NCBI GenBank assembly: GCA_032718475.1
Contig: JAUCBJ010007101.1
Location: forward strand, 1-64,000
Origin: Nemertoderma westbladi
Taxonomy: Eukaryota; Animalia; Xenacoelomorpha
Reading direction: 5' to 3'
Length of the DNA: 64,000 nucleotides
In this document: positions 13,132-25,613 of the stretch, in pieces
Layout of the letters: the number at the start of each line of letters is the position of its first letter
How positions within the stretch are numbered: position 1 is the stretch's first letter
The notes under the pieces: model-generated
Databases searched by the model: none
What the model was told of the DNA's origin: nothing
What the model saw: the letters and a program-made list of their open reading frames with translations, nothing else
Position numbers and translations under genes: made by a program

Positions 13132-16100
13132 AATGCACAATACACGTTACGGCTAAGTCAGCAATGCACAATACACGTTGCGACTAAGTCAGCAATCACA
13201 ATACACGTTACGGATAAGTCAGCAATGCACAATACAAGTTACGGCTAAGTCAGCAATCACAATACACGTTACGGCTAAGTCAGCAATCACAATACACGTT
13301 ACGGATAAGTCAGCAATATACAATACACGTTACGGATAAGTCAGCAATGCACAATACACGTTACGGCTAATTCAGCAATCACAATACACGTTACGGCTAA
13401 GTCAGCAATCACAATACACGTTACGGCTAAGTCAGCAATGCACAATACACGTTGCGGCTAAGTCAGCAATCACAATACACGTTACGGCTAAGTCAGCAAT
13501 GCACAATACAAGTTACGGCTATAAGTCAGCAATCACAATACACGTTACGGCTAAGTCAGCAATCACAATACACGTTACGGATAAGTCAGCAATATACAAT
13601 ACACGTTACGGATAAATCAGCAATGCACAATACACGTTACGGCTAATTCAGCAATGCACAATACACGTTACGGCTAAGTCAGCAATCACAATACACGTTA
13701 CGGCTAAGTCAGCAATGCACAATACAAGTTACGGCTAAGTCAGCAATCACAATACACGTTACGGCTAAGTCAGCAATCACAATACACGTTACGGATAAGT
13801 CAGCAATGCACAATACACGTTACGGCTAATTCAGCAATGCACAATACACGTTACGGCTAAGTCAGCAATCACAATACACGTTACGGCTAAGTTAGCAATG
13901 CACAATACAAGTTACGGATAAGTCAGCAATCACAATACACGTTACGGCTAAGTCAGCAATGCACAATACACGTTGCGGCTAAGTCAGCAATCACAATACA
14001 CGTTACGGCTAAGTCAGCAATGCACAATACAAGTTACGGCTAAGTCAGCAATCACAATACACGTTACGGCTAAGTCAGCAATCACAATACACGTTACGGA
14101 TAAGTCAGCAATATACAATACACGTTACGGATAAGTCAGCAATGCACAATACACGTTACGGCTAATTCAGCAATGCACAATACACGTTACGGCTAAGTCA
14201 GCAATGCACAATACACGTTACGGCTAAGTCACCAATCACAATACACGTTACGGCTAATTCAGCAATGCACAATACACGTTACGGCTAAGTCAGCAATGCA
14301 CAATACACGTTACGGCTAAGTCAGCAATCACAATACACGTTACGGCTAAGTCACCAATGCAAAATACACATTACGGATAAGTCAGCAATCACAATACACG
14401 TTACGGTTAAGTCAGCAATGCACAATACACGTTACGGCTAAGTCAGCAATGTACAATACACGTTACGGCTAAGTCAGCAATGCACAATACTCGTTACGGA
14501 TAAGTTAGCAATCACAATACACGTTACGGCTAAGTCAGCAATGCACAATACTCGTTACGGATAAGTTAGCAATCACAATACACGTTACGGCTAAGTCAGC
14601 AATGAGCAATACACGTTACGGCTAAGTCAGCAATCACAATACACGTTACGGCTAAGTCAGCAATGCACAATACACGTTACGGCTAAATTAGCAATGCACA
14701 ATACACGTTACGGCTAAGTCAGCAATGCACAATACACGTTACGTCTAAGTCAGCAATCACAATACACGTTACAGCTAAGTCAGCAATGCACAATACACGT
14801 TACGGCTAAGTCAGCAATGCACAATACACGTTACGGCTAAGTCAGCAATGCACAATACACGTTACGGCTAAGTCAGCAATGCACAATACACGTTACCGAT
14901 AAGTCAGCAATGCACAATGCACGTTACGGCTAACTCAGCAATGTACAATACACGTTACGGCTAAGTTAGCAATGCACAATACAAGTTACGGATAAGTCAG
15001 CAATCACAATACACGTTACGGCTAAGTCAGCAATGCACAATACACGTTACGTCTAAGTCAGCAATCACAATACACGTTACAGCTAAGTCAGCAATGCACA
15101 ATACACGTTACGGCTAAGTCAGCAATGCACAATACACGTTACGGCTAAGTCAGCAATGCACAATACACGTTACGGCTAAGTCAGCAATGTACAATACACG
15201 TTACCGATAAGTCAGCAATGCACAATACACGATACGGCTAAGTCAGCAATGTACAATACACGTTACGGCTAAGTTAGCAATGCACAATACAAGTTACGGA
15301 TAAGTCAACAATGCACAATACACGTTACGGCTAAGTTAGCAATGCACAATACAAGTTACGGATAAGTCAACAATGCACAATACACGTTACGGCTAAGTCA
15401 GCAATCACAATACACGTTACGGCTAAGTCACCAATGCAAAATACACATTACGGATAAGTCAGCAATCACAATACACGTTACGGCTAAGTCAGCAATGCAC
15501 AATACACGTCACGGCTAAGTCAGCAATGTACAATACACGTTACGGCTAAGTCAGCAATGCACAATACTCGTTACGGATAAGTTAGCAGTCACAATACACG
15601 TTACGGCTAAGTCAGCAATGCACAATACTCGTTACGGATAAGTCAGAAATGCACAATACACGTTACGGCTAAGTCAGCAATCACAATACACGTTACGGCT
15701 AAGTCAGCAATGCACAATACTCGTTACGGATAAGTCAGAAATGCACAATACACGTTACGGCTAAGTCAGCAATCACAATACACGTTACGGCTAAGTCAGC
15801 AATGCACAATACAAGTTACGGCTAAGTCAGCAATCACAATACACGTTACGGCTAAGTCAGCAATCACAATACACGTTACGGATAAGTCAGCAATGCACAA
15901 TACACGTTACGGCTAATTCAGCAATGCACAATACACGTTACGGCTAAGTCAGCAATCACAATACACGTTACGGCTAAGTTAGCAATGCACAATACAAGTT
16001 ACGGATAAGTCAGCAATCACAATACACGTTACGGCTAAGTCAGCAATGCACAATACACGTTGCGGCTAAGTCAGCAATCACAATACACGTTACGGCTAAG

Positions 16101-19060
16101 TCAGCAATGCACAATACAAGTTACGGCTAAGTCAGCAATCACAATACACGTTACGGCTAAGTCAGCAATCACAATACACGTTACGGATAAGTCAGCAATA
16201 TACAATACACGTTACGGATAAGTCAGCAATGCACAATACACGTTACGGCTAATTCAGCAATGCACAATACACGTTACGGCTAAGTCAGCAATGCACAATA
16301 CACGTTACGGCTAAGTCAGCAATCACAATACACGTTACGGCTAATTCAGCAATGCACAATACACGTTACGGCTAAGTCAGCAATGCACAATACACGTTAC
16401 GGCTAAGTCAGCAATCACAATACACGTTACGGCTAAGTCACCAATGCAAAATACACATTACGGATAAGTCAGCAATCACAATACACGTTACGGTTAAGTC
16501 AGCAATGCACAATACACGTCACGGCTAAGTCAGCAATGTACAATACACGTTACGGCTAAGTCAGCAATGCACAATACTCGTTACGGATAAGTTAGCAATC
16601 ACAATACACGTTACGGCTAAGTCAGCAATGCACAATACTCGTTACGGATAAGTTAGCAATCACAATACACGTTACGGCTAAGTCAGCAATGAGCAATACA
16701 CGTTACGGCTAAGTCAGCAATCACAATACACGTTACGGCTAAGTCAGCAATGCACAATACACGTTACGGCTAAATTAGCAATGCACAATACACGTTACGG
16801 CTAAGTCAGCAATGCACAATACACGTTACGTCTAAGTCAGCAATCACAATACACGTTACAGCTAAGTCAGCAATGCACAATACACGTTACGGCTAAGTCA
16901 GCAATGCACAATACACGTTACGGCTAAGTCAGCAATGCACAATACACGTTACGGCTAAGTCAGCAATGCACAATACACGTTACCGATAAGTCAGCAATGC
17001 ACAATGCACGTTACGGCTAACTCAGCAATGTACAATACACGTTACGGCTAAGTTAGCAATGCACAATACAAGTTACGGATAAGTCAGCAATCACAATACA
17101 CGTTACGGCTAAGTCAGCAATGCACAATACACGTTACGTCTAAGTCAGCAATCACAATACACGTTACAGCTAAGTCAGCAATGCACAATACACGTTACGG
17201 CTAAGTCAGCAATGCACAATACACGTTACGGCTAAGTCAGCAATGCACAATACACGTTACGGCTAAGTCAGCAATGTACAATACACGTTACCGATAAGTC
17301 AGCAATGCACAATACACGATACGGCTAAGTCAGCAATGTACAATACACGTTACGGCTAAGTTAGCAATGCACAATACAAGTTACGGATAAGTCAACAATG
17401 CACAATACACGTTACGGCTAAGTTAGCAATGCACAATACAAGTTACGGATAAGTCAACAATGCACAATACACGTTACGGCTAAGTCAGCAATCACAATAC
17501 ACGTTACGGCTAAGTCACCAATGCAAAATACACATTACGGATAAGTCAGCAATCACAATACACGTTACGGCTAAGTCAGCAATGCACAATACACGTCACG
17601 GCTAAGTCAGCAATGTACAATACACGTTACGGCTAAGTCAGCAATGCACAATACTCGTTACGGATAAGTTAGCAGTCACAATACACGTTACGGCTAAGTC
17701 AGCAATGCACAATACTCGTTACGGATAAGTCAGAAATGCACAATACACGTTACGGCTAAGTCAGCAATCACAATACACGTTACAGCTAAGTCAGCAATGC
17801 ACAATACACGTTACGGCTAAGTCAGCAATGCACAATACACGTTACGGCTAAGTCAGCAATGCACAATACACGTTACGGCTAAGTCAGCAATGCACAATAC
17901 ACGTTACCGATAAGTCAGCAATGCACAATGCACGTTACGGCTAACTCAGCAATGTACAATACACGTTACGGCTAAGTTAGCAATGCACAATACAAGTTAC
18001 GGATAAGTCAGCAATCACAATACACGTTACGGCTAAGTCAGCAATGCACAATACTCGTTACGGATAAGTCAGAAATGCACAATACACGTTACGGCTAAGT
18101 CAGCAATCACAATACACGTTACGGCTAAGTCAGCAATGCACAATACACGTTACGGCTAAGTTAGCAATGCACAATACACGTTACGGCTAAGTCAGCAATG
18201 CACAATACACGTTACGTCTAAGTCAGCAATCACAATACACGTTACAGCTAAGTCAGCAATGCACAATGCGCGTTACGGCTAAGTCAGCAATGCACAATAC
18301 ACGTTACGGCTAAGTCAGCAATGCACAATACACGTTACGGCTAAGTCAGCAATGCACAATACACGTTACCGATAAGTCAGCAATGCACAATACACGTTAC
18401 GGCTAAGTCAGCAATGTACAATACACGTTACGGCTAAGTTAGCAATGCACAATACAAGTTACGGATAAGTCAGCAATCACAATACACGTTACGGCTAAGT
18501 CAGCAATGCACAATACACGTTACGTCTAAGTCAGCAATCACAATACACGTTACAGCTAAGCCAGCAATGCACAATACACGTTACGGCTAAGTCAGCAATG
18601 CACAATACACGTTACGGCTAAGTCAGCAATGCACAATACACGTTACGGCTAAGTCAGCAATGTACAATACACGTTACCGATAAGTCAGCAATGCACAATA
18701 CACGTTACGGCTAAGTCAGCAATGTACAATACACGTTACGGCTAAGTTAGCAATGCACAATACACGTTACGGATAAGTCAGCAATGCACAATACACGTTA
18801 CGGCTAAGTTAGCAATGCACAATACAAGTTACGGCTAAGTCAGCAATCCACAATACACGTTATGGCTAAGTCAGCAATGCACAATACACGTTACGGCTAA
18901 GTCAGCAATGTACAATACACGTTACGGCTAAGTCAGCAATGTACAATACACGTTACGGCTAAGTCAGCAATGTACAATACACGTTACGGCTAAGTCAGCA
19001 ATGCACAATACACGTTACGGCTAAGTCAGCAATGCACAATACACGTTACGGATAAGTCAG
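13132..19060. repeat. 31/30-bp satellite, ~190 units
   Basis: Unit gcaat(g)cacaatacacgttacggctaagtca in tandem, with no spacers. Confidence 0.98.
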
Positions 19061-20679
19061 GTTAGACATTATGATCAATATTATCATCAATAATGCGATT
19101 GATGCCCATCTATCATCATTGATAAATTATATATAACTTGACATTTAGCCATCGTCGAGAGATCGGTTGTGACTGATCAAACATCGCTAGCGTATAATTA
19201 CTTTACGACTTATAATCTAGAAATAGGTACAACACGTAATTGCTATCATCCATACACTATGTAACCGCGGGTGAATGAAAGCCTACCACTTCATCCGTTC
19301 GTTTCCTATGGATTACAGATGTAAAAGACCTGCCGTATAAAGTTATACATTTTGTACATCCTGTTTTACTTACGTATTTACTTAACATAATATTACCACA
19401 TACGAATAAAAAAAACTACAGCTAAAAGCGATGGAATATTACAAGTATTTCATTGCAGCTAAACTTATAATGCAATACATCGTAGCATTGAGACATTGTT
19501 TTAAAGGCATAGTTTGTTTGTCTCCAGCTGATGTCAGCAATACATACACATGACATGTATAGTGTACACAGATGCCGCTATCCTCAACCATGTCAGCTTT
19601 GAATTAGGGGGATTATGTTTCAACTATATTAGTTACAGTTTTAAATCATTGTAAAGATCTCGTCTAAAGGGATAGGGCTAGTTCTTTTTACAGAACACAG
19701 TAGACAGACAGATGTAGGCATTTACCGGCAATTACCGGGCACAGTGTAGAGTATATTACCAATGTACTGATGTAGGCCTACTCAGCTACCGGTACTGTAC
19801 TGCTGTAGAACTAACCAATTCTCCATGGTTACAGGATAATGAGAAGTAATTTATTTTGGAGGATATGGAAAACCGCCATTTAATTTAAATATGTAATTGA
19901 CATCTTACAGTGGTATGATTAAATCCGGTACTTTACCAAGTGTGTTATTTTTTGGTGTAGATTTTAATTACAGCTGTGTTCGCCTATGTTCCGCCTGTAT
20001 TCTATTGTGTTCTGCTGTGTTCTACTGTGTTCTGCTGTGTTCTGTAAAAAGATATATCCCGTCTAAAGCTGGTTTTACTTCGCGACTAAATTCAGATAGG
20101 GGGGAGGGGAAACTGGACGCAATAAAAGTTCATCCCTCTCCAGGGGAAATTCGACGCAAATTACAGTTGATTACTCTCAAAAATAAAATTGTCACCTGTT
20201 CTATTGCGTTTAGTTTATTGTTTTGGTTAAAATAACGTGCCACTGTACACTGCTCCTTTCCCTAAATTGAGAACTTAACATTGAGGCGGGATATTAATTC
20301 GCCAAGATGGGATTACCGTCCAGCCCCCCCCCCCCCCCATGTCTCACTAAATGTCCCCTCTACTGTGATATGTTATCCCCCTGAGTTACAATGTGTTGCT
20401 TAACACTAAGGTCGTTAACTACTGTTAAAACTTGGCGATTAAATAGATAGCTACATTACACGTCGTAAAGTGAATTGCCACACGTTTTATGTTACGCTAC
20501 CGTAAAGTAACATAAATATTTTATTTTTTGTTTAATTACTTTATTACTTTTGCAGAATATTTCAAAATTATTATTCCTTATAATAATTAATGTAACTTTA
20601 TCGCTCATACTTTTGTAATTTTAGCTCGATTTCTGACCAACCTGCTTCTTTTACACAATACTTTTCAACCAATCAAGAG

Positions 20680-23600
20680 CGTCGGTTATTTTGCTGGGTG
20701 GGAAGGGATTCAAGCAGCCATGAACGTTGGTTATTGTGTTGGGTGGGAAAGGATTCAAGCAGCCATGAACGTTGGTTATTGTGTTGGGTGGGAAGGGATT
20801 CATACAGCCATGAACGTTGGTTATTGTGTTGGGTGGGAAAGGATTCAAGCAGCCATGAACGTTGGTTATTGTGCTGGGTGGGAAGGGATTCAAACAGCCA
20901 TGAACGTTGGTTATTGTGTTGGGTGGGAAAGGATTCAAGCAGCCATGAACGTTGGTTATTGTGTTGAGTGGGAAGGGATTCCAACATCCATTAACTTTGG
21001 TTATTGTGATGGGTGGGGAGGGAATTCAAGCAGCCATGAACGTTGGTTATTGTTTTGAGTGAGAAGGGATTCAAGCAGCCATGAACGTTGGTTATTGTGA
21101 TGGGTGGGAAGGGATTCAAACAGCCATGAACGTTGGTTATTGTGATGGGTGGGAAGAGATTCAAGCAGCCATTAGCGTTGTTTATTGTGTTAGGTGGGAA
21201 GGGATTCAAGCAGCCATGAACGTTGGTTATTGTGATGGGTAGGAGGGGATTCAAGCAGCCATGAACTTTGTTGATTGAGTAGGGTGGGAAGGGATTAAAG
21301 CAGCCATGAACGTTGGTTATTGCGTTGAGTGGGAAGGGATTCAAGCAGCCATGAACGATGGTTATTGTGTTGGGTGGGAAGGGATTCAAGCAGCAATGAA
21401 CGATGGTTATTGTGTTGGGTGGGAAGGGATTCAAGCAGCCATGAACGTTGGTTATTGTGTTGAGTGGGAAGGGATTCAAGAAGCCATGAACGTTGGTTAT
21501 TGTGATGGGTGGGAAGCGATTCAAGCAGCCATGAACGTTGGTTATTGTGACGGGTGGGAAGGGATTCAAGCAGCCATGAACGTTGGTTATTGTGTTGAGT
21601 GGGAAGGGATTCAAGAAGTCATGAACGTTGGTTATTGTGATGGGTGGGAAGGGATTCAATCAACCATGAACGTTGGTTATTGTGTTGAGTGGGAAGGGAT
21701 TCAAGCAGCCATGAACGTTGGTTATTGTGATGGGTAGGAAGGGATTCAAGCAGCCATGAACTTTGTTGATTGAGTAGGGTGGGAAGGGATTAAAGCAGCC
21801 ATGAACGTTGGTTATTGTGTTGAGTGGGAAGGGATTCAAGAAGCCATGAACGTTGGTTATTGTGATGGGTGGGAAGCGATTCAAGCAGCCATGAACGTTG
21901 GTTATTGTGACGGGTGGGAAGGGATTCGAGCAGCCATGAACGTTGGTTATTGTGTTGAGTGGGAAGGGATTCAAGAAGTCATGAACGTTGGTTATTGTGT
22001 TGAGTGGGAAGGGATTCAAGAAGTCATGAACGTTGGTTATTGTGATGGGTGGGAAGGGATTCAATCAACCATGAACGTTGGTTATTGTGTTGAGTGGGAA
22101 GGGATTCAAGCAGCCATTAACGTTGGTTATTGTGATGGGTAGGAAGGGATTCAAGCAGCCATGAACTTTGTTGATTGAGTAGGGTGGGAAGGGATTAAAG
22201 CAGCCATGAACGTTGGTTATTGTGTTGAGTGGGAAGGGATTCAAGAAGCCATGAACGTTGGTTATTGTGATGGGTGGGAAGCGATTCAAGCAGCCATGAA
22301 CGTTGGTTATTGTGACGGGTGGGAAGGGATTCAAGCAGCCATGAACGTTGGTTATTGTGTTGAGTGGGAAGGGATTCAAGAAGTCATGAACGTTGGTTAT
22401 TGTGTTGAGTGGGAAGGGATTCAAGAAGTCATGAACGTTGGTTATTGTGATGGGTGGGAAGGGATTCAATCAACCATGAACGTTGGTTATTGTGTTGAGT
22501 GGGAAGGGATTCAAGAAGTCATGAACGTTGGTTATTGTGATGGGTGGGAAGGGATTCAATCAACCATGAACGTTGGTTATTGTGTTGAGTGGGAAGGGAT
22601 TCAAGAAGCCATGAACGTTGGTTATTGTGATGGGTGGGAAGCGATTCAAGCAGCCATGAACGTTGGTTATTGTGACGGGTGGGAAGGGATTCAAGCAGCC
22701 ATGAACGTTGGTTATTGTGTTGAGTGGGAAGGGATTCAAGAAGTCATGAACGTTGGTTATTGTGATGGGTGGGAAGGGATTCAATCAACCATGGACGTTG
22801 GTTATTGTGTTGAGTGGGAAGGGATTCAAGCAGCCATGAACGTTGGTTATTGTGATGGGTAGGAAGGGATTCAAGCAGCCATGAACTTTGTTGATTGAGT
22901 AGGGTGGGAAGGGATTAAAGCAGCCATGAACGTTGGTTATTGCGTTGAGTGGGAAGGGATTCAAGCAGCCATGAACGATGGTTATTGTGTTGGGTGGGAA
23001 GGGATTCAAGCAGCCATGAACGTTGGTTATTGTTTTGAGTGAGAAGGGATTCAAGCAGCCATGAACGTTGGTTATTGTGATGGGTGGGAAGGGATTCAAA
23101 CAGACATGAACGTTGGTTATTGTGATGGGTGGGAAGGGATTCAAGCAGCCATTAGCGTTGTTTATTGTGTTAGGTGGGAAGGGATTCAAGCAGCCATGAA
23201 CGTTGGTTATTGTGATGGGTAGGAGGGGATTCAAGCAGCCATGAACTTTGTTGATTGAGTAGGGTGGGAAGGGATTAAAGCAGCCATGAACGTTGGTTAT
23301 TGCGTTGAGTGGGAAGGGATTCAAGCAGCCATGAACGATGGTTATTGTGTTGGGTGGGAAGGGATTCAAGCAGCAATGAACGATGGTTATTGTGTTGGGT
23401 GGGATGGGATTCAAGCAGCCATGAACGTTGGTTATTGTGTTGAGTGGGAAGGGATTCAAGAAGCCATGAACGTTGGTTATTGTGATGGGTGGGAAGCGAT
23501 TCAAGCAGCCATGAACGTTGGTTATTGTGACGGGTGGGAAGGGATTCAAGCAGCCATGAACGTTGGTTATTGTGTTGAGTGGGAAGGGATTCAAGAAGTC

Positions 23601-25613
23601 ATGAACGTTGGTTATTGTGATGGGTGGGAAGGGATTCAATCAACCATGAACGTTGGTTATTGTGTTGAGTGGGAAGGGATTCAAGCAGCCATGAACGTTG
23701 GTTATTGTGATGGGTAGGAAGGGATTCAAGCAGCCATGAACTTTGTTGATTGAGTAGGGTGGGAAGGGATTAAAGCAGCCATGAACGTTGGTTATTGCGT
23801 TGAGTGGGAAGGGATTCAAGCAGCCATGAACGATGGTTATTGTGTTGGATGGGAAGGGATTCAAGCAGCAATGAACGATGGTTATTGTGTTGGGTGGGAA
23901 GGGATTCAAACAGCCATGAACGTTGGTTATTGTGTTGGGTGGGAAAGGATTCAAGCAGCCATGAACGTTGGTTATTGTGTTGAGTGGGAAGGGATTCCAA
24001 CAGCCATTAACTTTGGTTATTGTGATGGGTGGGGAGGGAATTCAAGCAGCCATGAACGTTGGTTATTGTTTTGAGTGAGAAGGGATTGAAGCAGCCATGA
24101 ACGTTGGTTATTGTGATGGGTGGGAAGGGATTCAAACAGCCATGAACGTTGGTTATTGTGATGGGTGGGAAGGGATTCAAGCAGCCATTAGCGTTGTTTA
24201 TTGTGTTAGGTGGGAAGGGATTCAAGCAGCCATGAACGTTGGTTATTGTGATGGGTAGGAAGGGATTCAAGCAGCCATGAACTTTGTTGATTAAGTAGGG
24301 TGGGAAGGGATTAAAGCAGCCATGAACGTTGGTTATTGCGTTGAGTGGGAAGAGATTCAAGCAGCCATGAACGTTGGTTATTGTGTTGAGTGGGAAGGGA
24401 TTCAAGCAGCAATGAACTATGGTTATTGTGTTGGGTGGGAAGGGATTCAAGCAGCCATGAACGATGGTTATTGTGTTGGGTGGGAAGGGATTCAAGCAGC
24501 AATTAACTATGGTTATTGTGTTGGGTGGGAAGGGATTCAAGCAGCCATGAACGTTGGTTATTGTGTTGAGTGGGAAGGGATTCAAGAAGCCATGAACGTT
24601 GGTTATTGTGATGGGTGGGAAGCGATTCAAGCAGCCATGAACGTTGGTTATTGTGACGGGTGGGAAGGGATTCAAGCAGCCATGAACGTTGGTTATTGTG
24701 TTGAGTGGGAAGGGATTCAAGAAGTCATGAACGTTGGTTATTGTGATGGGTGGGAAGGGATTCAATCAACCATGAACGTTGGTTATTGTGTTGAGTGGGA
24801 AGGGATTCAAGCAGCCATGAACGTTGGTTATTGTGTTGGGTGGGAAGGCTTTCAAGCAGCTATGAACGTTGGTTATTGTGATGGGTGGCTAAGGGATTCC
24901 AGCAGCCATGAACGTTGGTTATTGTGTTGGGTGGGAAGGGATTCAAGCAGCCATGAACGTTGGTTATTGTGCGGGGTGGGAAGTGATTCAAGCAGCCACG
25001 AACGTTGGTTATTGTGTTGGGTGGGAAGGGATTCAAGCAGCCATGAACATTGGTTATTGTGCTGGGTGGGAAGGGATTCAAGCAGCCATGAAATTTTGGT
25101 AATTGTGTTGGGTGGGAAGGGATAGAAGCAGCCATGAACGTTGGTTATCGTGTTGGCTGGGAAGGGATTCAAGCAGCCATGAACGTTGGTTATTGTGCTG
25201 GGTGGGAAGGGATTCAAGCTGCCATGAACTTTGGTTATTATGATGGGTGCGAAGGGATTCAAGCAGCCATGAACGTTGGTCATTGTGTTGGGTGGGAAGC
25301 GATTCAAGCAACCATGAACGTTGGTTATTTTGTTGGGTGGGAAGGATTCAAGCAGCCATGAACGTTGGTTATTGTGTTAGGGATTCAAGAAGCCATGAAC
25401 GTTGGTTATTGTGATGGGTGGGAAGAGATTCAAGCAGCCATGAAAGTTGGTTATTGTGATGGGTGGGAAGGGATTCAAGCAGCCATGAACGTTGGTTATT
25501 GTGTTGGGTGGGAAGGGATTCAAGCAACCATGAACGTTGGTTATTTTGTTGAGTGGGAAGGGATTCAAACAGCCATGAACTTTGGTTATTGTGATGGGTT
25601 GGAAGGGATTCAA
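20680..25613. repeat. 45-bp minisatellite array, ~110 units
   Basis: Unit atgaacgttggttattgtgttgggtgggaagggattcaagcagcc, the reverse complement of the 636-1344 unit. Confidence 0.98.

Noticed and set aside
13132-19060. CRISPR-like array (31-bp units; likewise the 29- and 36-bp arrays)
   Set aside because: Units are head-to-tail with no unique spacers, there are no cas genes, and the context is eukaryotic.
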